Below are positions 1 through 9,219 of a stretch of 64,000 nucleotides of DNA, piece by piece. Origin of the DNA: Monocercomonoides exilis PA203 (Eukaryota; Protista; Preaxostyla); NCBI GenBank assembly GCA_001643675.2, contig LSRY02000008.1, forward strand, positions 1,302,001-1,366,000, written 5' to 3'. Position numbers and translations under genes: made by a program. Each line of letters opens with the position of its first letter. Position 1 is the stretch's first letter. A model generated the notes under the pieces. That model was not told where the DNA came from and did no database searches. It saw nothing but the letters and a program-made list of their open reading frames with translations.

Positions 1-163
1 ATGACAATTTTCTGAACAAAACCAACTATCTTTGAATTGTTCTGTTTTTCATCTGTTTCAAAATAATTTGGAATGATTTTTATAATTGTTGATTCTTGGT
101 ATCAGAGTTTGTCTTTTGGTTCTATCTTTCTCTTTGTTTTCCAATCGCATTCATACAAAAATT

Positions 164-239
164 TTAAAAAAGAAAGTGGAGAATCAATTCCTTCTCTTGT
201 TTGAGAGACTCCACAATCTATGGGTCAGTCGCCCATTTG
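164..239 (-). repeat. DIRS copy 1 right (3') inverted terminal repeat
   Basis: caattccttctcttgtttgagagactccacaatctatgggtcagt is the near reverse complement of 4346-4392. It carries the unique terminal extension ttaaaaaagaaagtggagaa. Confidence 0.8.
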
Positions 240-374
240 TATGTTTTGGTGAATTGGATAAAAACCACTTTTCGCTTATGAAACCAAAAGGCGCAAAGAG
301 AAGGAACTGCAAAAAACACGAACAGTTTTGAAAACAGAACATCAAAGGGTGGGAGTGAAAACGGTGGTGGGCAA

Positions 375-481
375 AGAGAAGGAATTGATTCTCCACTTTC
401 TTTTTTAATTAAAGTGCATAAGCACCTTAATTATCAAGAAAGTGTTTCATCAATTCCTTCTCTTGTTTGAGAGAATCAATT
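375..481 (-). repeat. DIRS copy 1 internal complementary region (ICR)
   Basis: Fuses the complement of the element's 3' tip (ctccactttcttttttaa) to the complement of its 5' tip (ttaaagtgcataagcacc...tttcatcaattcc), as in DIRS-1. Confidence 0.82.
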
Positions 482-1778
482 AGTTGGATGATGAAGCCAT
501 CATTACTACCTCAGTGTGCGTCTTCTTTGCGTTGTTGCTCTCTTCCTCCTTTTTTGCTTGTGATCTTGTTCGAATAATGAATTGTTCTCCAAGTGACTTC
601 TGTTCCTCCATCTCCTCATCAGGCTCGTCTACTCTAGAAGGGAATTCAACAGAATTTTTAGCTTCTTCCTCACTCAAACATGGCTTCATCAGGCGCTTCT
701 TATCCCTCAGTACCATCCCAGATTCCATTTCTCGTCTCTCCTTTTTGTTCTTCTAGTCTCTGTCTGGTCTGACGCACATCTTGACACCATTTTCTGCACA
801 CGAATTGTTTGCTAACTCTTCACTGGGAACATTCATAGTTGAGGCAATCACTTTCCCCAAGGTTGAAGCAAGACTGGCCTTCACATTATGCTTCACCAAA
901 GTGTCTGTTCTAGTGGAAAGACTGGCAAACTTCGCAATCTGAGTTGGTGGAATTCCAGACATCGTTAGCGTTGAAAGCGTTGCAGCCTTTATTGAATAAG
1001 GAGTGAAATGGCCTGGAATTCCTGCTTCCTTCAACGTCTCCTTTGCCAATCGTCTAATACTTTTCACTGCAAGAGGATAAAAAGTTTCGGTATTTAAAAA
1101 CAATTTATTTCCATCTGGTTTTCTTTTCTTTATCTCTTCCCACAAAACTTGAATGGCCGAAGCTGGGCAAATTGAAGGGTTTTCATTTAAAAAAGGAACA
1201 GCATCCTCTGTTCGATTAAGAGATGTTTTTAGCCTTGTGTCTAGATATATTCCTTCCTGCTCGAATCTGGATTGTTCCATATCTACTCTTTCCAACTCTG
1301 TAAACCTGCACGCAGTGAATAACATGGTGAGCACAATGGCTTTCATTGTTAGATGTTTGAAACTCAAGCTTTGATTTTCTCCAAGCTTAGAAAAGAATGT
1401 CAGAATGGTCTTCGGATTCCAAATTTCTTGGACCTTCTTTTTTCTTGTCCTCTCTGTTCTTCTAAACCCTCTAAACAATATTTTTATTATCGGAATATCC
1501 CCTAAATTTGTGTTGTAAACCAAGCTTGTGAAAAATGAAACTGCTGAGCGGACGAGCTGCAAACATGACAGCTTCATTCCATTGTCTCTAAGTGTAATAA
1601 ATATACTGGAACATCGAGCTGCCCACTCGTGAATATCCTCTTGAATTATGCCCATATCACTCTTTTCCCACTGTTCTCCAAAGTGTGCGAAGCCGAATAA
1701 ATATCCATCCCACGTCGACTGAGCAATTCCCGATATGCACTCCTCTGCCAATGAAAATGGGAAAGATCTTTCTTCCAA
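480..1778 (-). pseudogene. DIRS tyrosine recombinase (YR); in-frame TAG at 753-755 separates a C-terminal tail (480..728 ORF)
   Basis: TACRFTEL (catalytic Arg box), LKT, CPASAI, and LKEAGIPGHFTPYSIKAA (HxxR box variant). The 480..728 ORF is in frame past the TAG, which is CAG in copy 2. Confidence 0.85.
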
Positions 1779-3928
1779 AGCCCTTCTCCACCAGCTCTCG
1801 CCTTTAACTCTGTGGATTGATCAATATGACTCTTAACTTGCCTGGAGGAAGACATGCACCTGTGCTTGCCATTGATGGACCCTTTCTCAGTACTGTTCTC
1901 AGACTCCTCCATTCGAATGTCCGATGAGGCGTCTTCTCCAATAGCACATCCCAGTTCTGCCCCCTCCAGTTCGGCAGGAGTAATACTACTGGTACTCTCT
2001 CCTTCTGTGCCTTCCGAATCGTCATTGGAATCAGGGGAACTGGGGGGTGTGCCAGAACGCACTCGTTCTTCCATGGATATGCTAGACCGTCTTCTCCCAA
2101 TGGGCTTCCAATTCCGCACCAACGATCGACCTTGTGGTTGTGCTGAGCTGCAAAGGCGTCCAGCGTTGGAGTAACTTGAAGAACAGACAAGATTTCTTTG
2201 AGCTCGCTGTCTGCAATGCTGTAATCTCCTGCTCTTTCCAGGCGGGACAAAGCATCTGCTCTTGTGTTTCGCAATCCGGGGAGATGAACTGCTCTCAGGA
2301 CTATCTTCAGTTTCTCCTTCAATGTCCATATCCTTTTGAGTGTTTGACGGAGATTCCTTCCTGCATTCCATCTGTTCACGTTGAAAACAACTGCTGAGTT
2401 GTCTGAACGAAGTTGCAACTGTGAAATCCGATTCTCTGCTAGGATTGGTGCAAAATGTGTTAGGGCAAGTTCCACAGCTTTTAGTTCTCTGAAGTTGGAT
2501 GATTGGTTTTTCACAGCGAATGGAAAACGACTGTGACAATCTAGTGACATTCTGTTTAGTCTGAGGGTTGCTCCCCAGGAGCTTTCTGATGCATCTGTGG
2601 TTAGCACTGCTTCTGGAATAAACACTGGAGTTAGTCTGCGTCTGGGGTTCTTCATCAACATCCATCTCCATTTTCTTATCTGCAGGAGGATTGACGCATT
2701 CAGCTTCATCATTCCATCCAATCCGCCTGTCGTAACTCCTTTCTGCAACAATTTGTAGATGGATTGGAAATGTAAAGATGCGTCTGAAAGAACGAAGCGC
2801 GTTGCACTTAGCTTTCCCACGAATGATGCGAAATCCTTCACTCTGACGGTCTTGGCTCTTAAACACCTTCTCTCCCACTTGTGACACAGCTCTCGCACTA
2901 CCTTTCTTCTTTCCTCCGTTAGACACACATCGAAGCTGGTTGTATTCCATTCGAATCCAAGGAAGCTGAACTGCGAACTCGGCATGAGGTTGCATTTCTT
3001 TTTGTTTATCAGAAGGCCAAGGCTTTCTAGAAACGAGATGATTTCCTGAATTATTTTCTTCAAGACTTCTTGATCTTGATGCAGAAAAAGAAGATCGTCC
3101 AAATAGGCAACGACTCTGACATCCCATCTTCTTCTTATCTCCGCTGTCACCTTCCTCATTATGTGTGTGAACAGGCGCGGTGCATCCACAAAGCCGAAAG
3201 GCATGTTTTTGAAGGAGTAGTCTTTTCCCATGAATCTGAAAGCAAGATAAGGAATTTGTTCTCTTGAAACTGGAATTAAATAATAAGCTTGTTCCAAGTC
3301 TAGGGATACTGCGTAATCTTTCCGTCTTATTAGTCGTTCGACTGTTTTTTCTCCGTCGCACTTGAAATGTGTTCTCTTCACTGCTGCGTTTAGTTTCCGA
3401 CAATCGAGAATCTGTCTCCAGCTGCCTGACTTCTTTTGAATGAGAAATACATTGTTTCTGTGTTTGACCTCCCTCTGCTTCATTGGGATAACAACTTCTG
3501 TTCGTAACTGTTCTTCTAATATTTTCTTGAATTCCTCGATCTTTTATTGGTTGAGAAGACACGCTCCATCTCTGAACTGGGCTCTGCTGAGAGCTTTCCT
3601 GGACTGCTTGCTTTTCCACATAGCCTGCACTCCATTGCTTATCAATTTCTCTCCTCCGATTCGCTTCCATGCTGAGAGTAACAAAGCGGTTCTCCCTCCA
3701 ATGTGCCTCCTCTGCTCTGTTTCCTTGTGAACTGGACCTAAAATTGTTTACGCACCCCTGGTCTCCTGCTCCAACTGCTCTGGTTCCTCCTTCTTCCGAA
3801 TTGCTGTCTTCTTGTGGGGGCTGAGGACCGGGGGTATCTCCGAAAAAACCGTGTATTTGAGTGAGAAATGGGATAACGAAATCTTCTTTGAAGTGTTCCT
3901 GGTTGTTCTCTAACAGAAGCCTGAACAC
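1646..3928 (-). CDS. 760-aa alternative-frame ORF overlapping the whole RT ORF (probable N-terminal extension of the YR ORF, typical of DIRS)
   Basis: Stop-free for 2.28 kb in a second frame across RT-RNaseH and ends inside the YR region. Confidence 0.55.
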   Translation of the reverse strand: MFRLLLENNQEHFKEDFVIPFLTQIHGFFGDTPGPQPPQEDSNSEEGGTRAVGAGDQGCVNNFRSSSQGNRAEEAHWRENRFVTLSMEANRRREIDKQWSAGYVEKQAVQESSQQSPVQRWSVSSQPIKDRGIQENIRRTVTNRSCYPNEAEGGQTQKQCISHSKEVRQLETDSRLSETKRSSEENTFQVRRRKNSRTTNKTERLRSIPRLGTSLLFNSSFKRTNSLSCFQIHGKRLLLQKHAFRLCGCTAPVHTHNEEGDSGDKKKMGCQSRCLFGRSSFSASRSRSLEENNSGNHLVSRKPWPSDKQKEMQPHAEFAVQLPWIRMEYNQLRCVSNGGKKKGSARAVSQVGEKVFKSQDRQSEGFRIIRGKAKCNALRSFRRIFTFPIHLQIVAERSYDRRIGWNDEAECVNPPADKKMEMDVDEEPQTQTNSSVYSRSSANHRCIRKLLGSNPQTKQNVTRLSQSFSIRCEKPIIQLQRTKSCGTCPNTFCTNPSRESDFTVATSFRQLSSCFQREQMECRKESPSNTQKDMDIEGETEDSPESSSSPRIAKHKSRCFVPPGKSRRLQHCRQRAQRNLVCSSSYSNAGRLCSSAQPQGRSLVRNWKPIGRRRSSISMEERVRSGTPPSSPDSNDDSEGTEGESTSSITPAELEGAELGCAIGEDASSDIRMEESENSTEKGSINGKHRCMSSSRQVKSHIDQSTELKARAGGEGLWKKDLSHFHWQRSAYRELLSRRGMDIYSASHTLENSGKRVIWA
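1804..3702 (-). pseudogene. DIRS reverse transcriptase-RNase H-methyltransferase-like ORF; premature TAA at 3544-3546
   Basis: IGGRTALLLSAWKRI start motif, WRQILDCRKLN, LDLEQAYY, MPFG, AYLDD. RNase H motifs TDAS...NFREL...SDN...ADALSR. MT-like LDAFA...AHPPVPLI...PNW. Confidence 0.93.
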
Positions 3929-4330
3929 GTGTAATAGGAAGTGCTGGTCTCTGGAAGCCTCTCTCTAGCTTGGCTTCCTGCCTTGTTTCTTTGAGAATCA
4001 ATTCCTGTCTCTCTGTGAGAATTCCTGAAGAAGCGTCTGTGCTCATCGCTGTGGCAGCCCTGAAACCAAACCTGCCTTGAATTCGAACCGTTCGTGCCTC
4101 TTGAAGAGCCCTGGTAATCATTATCAAGATGTCAGCAAGCCTTTGTTTTGCGCTTTCACTTGAAGTCGGTATCTCGGCTAAACATATGAGCGCAGCTTTA
4201 ATCGCCTGGAAAAGAAAATGTTAGGTTGTGACAAGGTCCCTGGTTGGCTTTGCGCCCCACTGTGCTGCATTGCAGAATCAGCCTACGGTGTAAGTCCAAC
4301 AATCGGAGGGAATTGCGAAGCAGACATCAT
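3738..4330 (-). pseudogene. DIRS gag-like ORF, frameshifted or internally deleted near 4205-4215
   Basis: Lies between the 5' ITR and RT. Helical middle and Arg/Gln-rich C-terminus. The frame from the ATG at 4330 closes after about 43 codons and the reading continues in another frame (FQAIKAAL...). Confidence 0.6.
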
Positions 4331-4337
4331 TGATCAA

Positions 4338-4440
4338 ATGTGGCAACTGACCCATAGATTGTGGCGTCTCTCAAAAAGAGAGAAGGAATTGATGAAACAC
4401 TTTCTTGATAATTAAGGTGCTTATGCACTTTAATTAAAAA
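4338..4440 (-). repeat. DIRS copy 1 left (5') inverted terminal repeat
   Basis: Near reverse complement of both 185-239 and the ICR segment 397-474. Confidence 0.8.
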
Positions 4441-5247
4441 GAAATCAACCCCAATTGCATCTTTCACTCATTTTGAGCATTTGAACTCCACTATCGTTTG
4501 GAGAAAAGATTCTTTAATAATGATTATTTTTATTTATGTTTTCCTTCCTGATGTTTCCCATTTTTTCTGAAAGAAAGCGTTTGAATTTTTAATAAATAAA
4601 TTATACTATTTGAAAGAAAAGTGTTGAAAAATAAGTGCCTGTTTTGTGAACCTGTTGAAATTAATGAGAAATTATCAAATATAGATTTGATGCAAATAGA
4701 TAAAATAAAAAAATTGATAGAGAGATATTCATATTTTCTTCCACACCATTCAAAAAAATTTTAAATTGAACGAGGAGAATTGTGTGAAATAAGCATTTTT
4801 GGTGAAGAAATGAAAAACAAGAAGATTTGTGTGATATTTGAATAAGGTGAAAAAGAAGAAGAAGAAGAAGTTAGAAATTTGATATAATCTTCCCTTTTCC
4901 TCCCCTCCTTTCTCTTTGATTTCTCTTGTTTGCCAATCTCCCAAGCTGCCCTTCACACACAATCTTCTGTGTCTCATCTCTTCTCATTTTTTGGGATGTG
5001 ATTGACAAAAAATGAACTCCCAAAAAAAAGAGAGACATTTCCATCATTCTCTTCCTCCAAACAATTATTGCTCTTCCTTCTCAATCAAACATCCTCCTTT
5101 TTTAAACCATCTTTTATTTCCTCTCTCTCTTTCTGTTCCTCTCAACCCCTTCCTTTTCCAGTGATAACACTCTTTCTCCTTCCCCTCTTTCCACATGCCA
5201 TTGCTCACAGGTCATTCAACCCCTCAAATTTTCTATTTCTATTTTTC

Positions 5248-5282
<35 letters not shown>

Positions 5283-8200
5283 ATACATATAACTCACTCA
5301 AAACACACCTCTCATCAGAATCTCTCCCCAAATTTGTGTTTTGCTCCCTCTTCCCCCGTTTCCCTTCCTCCACTCTCCTCAAACAAATTCAGAACTTGTT
5401 CAGAGGAAATATTGCTTGTCCCTTTCTGTTCCAATACGAAATCAGCCTCCACTTCATGGCTCTCACTTTCCATCCCTCTTTTCTTCTCATAGCAAATAGC
5501 ATTCTTGCACATTTCTCTCACAGATGCGTTCCCTTTCCCTCTAAAAATATGTTGTTCCCCCTGCCTTTGCGATGCTGTTGTCAGCCCGTCAGATTTTTCT
5601 GCAGCTATCATCCATTAATCGAGCTTCGCAGCCAATTGCAAGGCATCCAAAACACTGTGGCCAGCCACCTGACACTCGCAGCTGCAAAGCACCCCACTTC
5701 TATTTTTTCCCAACCAGCCAATTGATAATTTTCTCATTGTGAACCAACTCAATAACCTGGGTTTTTGATAGAATATTGTTGTATTTTCCATAAAATCAGA
5801 TTGCGAACAGAGGCATCTGTCAACACCACGAACTGCAGAAAATCATTGATGCTCATGTCTCCACAGAAAGTGAGCAAATGGCTTCCTCACAATCTGCTTT
5901 GGGATATCTCAGTTCTCAGCCAAAATTATAACAATGATTTATCTTTTCTCCTTCCAAACCAACAAGCATCATATTGATCGTCCTCCAACCCCGTCACGTC
6001 TTTCCTTGCTTTTCGTTGTCCCTGGTCAGTTGCTGCGCCCATCGAAATAAAACACATCCCCCGCAAATATGTCCTTGTGCTGCTCTTCTTCAAGCAACAA
6101 AAAAATTCGATGCCATTTCCAAAAGCGTGCACAGAATGAGCAACAACCATGAAAACAACAAACACACACAAACACATTTCACCCCGTCACATCCCGCTTC
6201 ACACTGCAAACAGCGTTGCGGCCATCAAAATATTCCGAATGTCTTGATCATAATACATACTTAAATCCTTCAAAACTGTTGATAAAACAAGTTTTTCGAT
6301 GAACAGACTCTCCGCGCATCAACAAGCCATGATTATTGATATTTCATGAAACCGATGCAATTTGGAGTGAAACAAAGTCTGTGGCTGACAGATTTCAGAA
6401 CATCCGAGTATTTTCAAAAGATTGATGTTCCTTGTGAAATCTGAAATCAAAGATAGAAATTGAAATATAATTATAAAGGATTTTCGTTATGAATTGTGCA
6501 CGAATTAATATTTTTTTTTTGGAAAAAGCAATGCATGTGCATTTCATTTTATTTTTGCCATTCATTAATAATCACTTTCTATCTTTTTTTGTTGGCCTTT
6601 CGTTTTTGAAGCAAGTTGAGCAGCAGAGGCAACGGAGTTTGAATGCCTATTGTAATTAAAGCTTGCGATTGCTTTCTGTCTGCTGCTTGGCAGTTGCCAC
6701 TTCAAAATCCCTGCAAGCTCAATTATCAGATGGTGTTGAATCAGGGGAAGCATGGAGATGCAAAAGAGGCAGATGCTTCTGGATTTGTGTGCCATGAGGT
6801 TTATTCGATATTTGATGAGCATTTCAGATTTTTCAGCTGATATGACAGGATTATTCGGGAAACTGGGGCGATGCTGAGACACAGGGTGAAAAAGGGGGAA
6901 GACACGAGAGAAAGAGAGATGCAATTTGACATTTTCAGAAGAACAGTTGAATGGAATGGGCAAAATGGCAGGGGATAATAAGATGTCATTGGACAACACG
7001 ATGTTGTTGGAGAAGCACACTGGGTGTTTGGGCTTGAGAAAAAAAAAATGATTCATTTTCAGTTCAATCTGATCTATTTGTCGAGCATAAGGTTTGAGAA
7101 ATTAATTTATGAAGAAATGAAGAGAGGAAGAATGAGCATCTGATGACATGTCTTTGTGAGACTGCACAGAGCATCAAGCGGAAACAACAGAAATCTGGCA
7201 AAGGATATCATTGAGCTGTTTGAAATGATGGCGAGCGATGAGGCGAGGAGCACAGATGACTTGATTCAAGGGAGAGCCATCAACAGCGCTTTGAGTCAAA
7301 CGCAAAAGGGAAAGGCGGAACACGATGAAGTGCGGAGCAGGAATGGTTGAAGAGAAAACTGTTTTTTGATGAAGCAAATCAACATACTGGCATAAATGAA
7401 TGAAAGGTGAAAGAAGATCCGGGATTATTCTTGGAGACAAGAATTCTTGTTTTTCTTGAAAAACAAATTTCTATGTTTTGAAATATTTTTTCTGTTTTTG
7501 ACGTGGTCTGGAAATTTCTGTTCGTTGTTCACTTTTCCATTTCGCAGAGCAACCAATAATATCTGCTGAATAAAAAGAGCAAGAATATCATTTTGTAAAA
7601 ATAACTTTGACAAACAAGTCATATGCAGTTTTTGAAGTTTATGCATCATTTAAAAAACGGAACACATTTGAAACAAAACTGATGCAATTTCGAATGCGGT
7701 GCATAATGATGAAAAAAGATATAGAAAAGAGGCAAGATGAAAAACAGAAAAGCTATTCAGAATGCGAAATAATGGTGTGGAATAGAAAAATATAACATTG
7801 ACAGAATTCAAATGCTTCGCCTTTTTGCATGCCAGAGTCGCATGCTCAATCAATCCGATAATCTCTTCTTCATGCAAATTACAGCGGAAAAATGTCCATG
7901 AAAACACATGGCATAATCACATTGCTGTCTTTCATTTTTTTATTCTTTTCTCGCTTCATCACAACTTCTTCAATCAATCCTCCTTCATGACCTTTCTATT
8001 TCATTTGGAGTTCTTCACATGAAAGAAACGCAAAGAAAAAGGTATTCCATCCACAACATCATATTTTTAATAATTATTCTTTCTCATCATAAACATTCCA
8101 ACGAGCAAATCCTAACAGCGCGAAAGGCTAAATGACTCAGAATGCAATACACCTGGCGATAATTGGTGATTCCTGCAATTTTGATCAAACGCTATTCTTT

Positions 8201-8961
8201 AACAATAACCCATTCGCTCAGACTTCAGAAATAAACATCAAAAAGAAAGAAAAAAAGGAAAAAAGGGAAAAAAAAAATAATGATGAACAACAAACTTTAT
8301 TGAAGATCTGATTTCAAATGTTAGCAGAGAAATCCATAAAGAGCAAACTTGCAATTTTGGCAGGTTCTTCAATTTAAGGCAAGGCTTAGGCAACAGAACA
8401 AGGGCCGCACAGCTAGTTGAACACATCTGCAGCTGAGTAATGAACAAAGGTGCCAGAACTTTTTCCAAAATTTTCCATTCAGACGAATATTTAACAAAAG
8501 AAGAATAAGGAGAAGATTGATTTGGTGTGTCGAAAAGATAGTTGCAATATTTGAGGTAATTATTAACGAGCGTAATTACTTTCTTTCTCTCTCTTTTTTT
8601 TTTTTCAAATCCGATTTTTTCAAATGACAATTTGTTGTTGCAAGAAATAAGAAGTTTTGCGGGAATACTCAATGCCAAGAGATGAGCATGAAACGCGGAA
8701 AGACGGCTTTTGGGCACTTTTCAGAAATCAGACAATAATAAATTTTGAGAATATAGATAAATGAGCCGGAGGTGAAAACGTAATGAATGGAAGAGAAGAG
8801 ATTTGAAGATTTATGCAACGATTTGAAGACAAGGAGGTGAAGAGACAGAAGAGAGGGAATGAAATTGGTGATATGGCTGAATTATATGCACAACATAAAA
8901 TCGAGAAGAAGAATTATGGAGAAGAGATATTTGTTAGCATAAAAACTGAAAGAGAAAATTC

Positions 8962-9048
8962 AATGAAGAGGAATGAAGAGGAATGAAGAGGAATGAAGAG
9001 GAATGAAGAGGAATGAAGAGGAATGAAGAGGAATGAAGAGGAATGAAG
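8962..9048 (+). repeat. 10-bp tandem repeat (GAATGAAGAG) x about 8.5; mirrored at 31405-31491
   Basis: Read directly from the sequence. Confidence 0.95.
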
Positions 9049-9219
9049 GAAGAAAATAAGAGAAATGAGATGAAAGAGAGTAAGGGAAATGATTTTTTGA
9101 GGAACATTTGAAGAAGAGTGTGAAAAAGGGAAGAAGATGAAAAGTTTGTTGTGGGGAGTTGTAAAACTCATCGGTTGAGATGAAGAGGATAGGGCTGGTG
9201 GTTTGAGGCGAGAGTAGGG

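Larger units (their letters stand above)
164..4440 (-). mobile_element. DIRS-like tyrosine-recombinase retrotransposon, copy 1 (about 4.28 kb)
   Basis: gag, RT/RNaseH/MT and YR ORFs with overlapping frames, bounded by inverted terminal repeats plus an internal complementary region. Confidence 0.93.

Noticed and set aside
753-1778. Prophage or bacterial integrase
   Set aside because: It is embedded in a DIRS layout with RT, ITRs and ICR, with no phage genes or operon structure.
753-3546. TAA/TAG read as Gln (alternative code known in some oxymonads), suggested by TAA/CAA and TAG/CAG pairs between the DIRS copies
   Set aside because: ORFs of 500-700 codons in this AT-rich DNA contain no TAR, the RT and gag ORFs end at TAA/TAG where expected, and C-to-T nonsense transitions explain the pairs.
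5002-8717. Numerous 60-175 aa ORFs here and in 44000-47100 and 56200-59400
   Set aside because: They are low-complexity or antisense shadows, and several are broken differently in the mirror arm. Some may be decayed gene fragments, but I recognise no domain.
8962-9048. CRISPR-like array
   Set aside because: Head-to-tail 10-mer with no spacers. The same applies to the 9-mers at 45058 and 59297.
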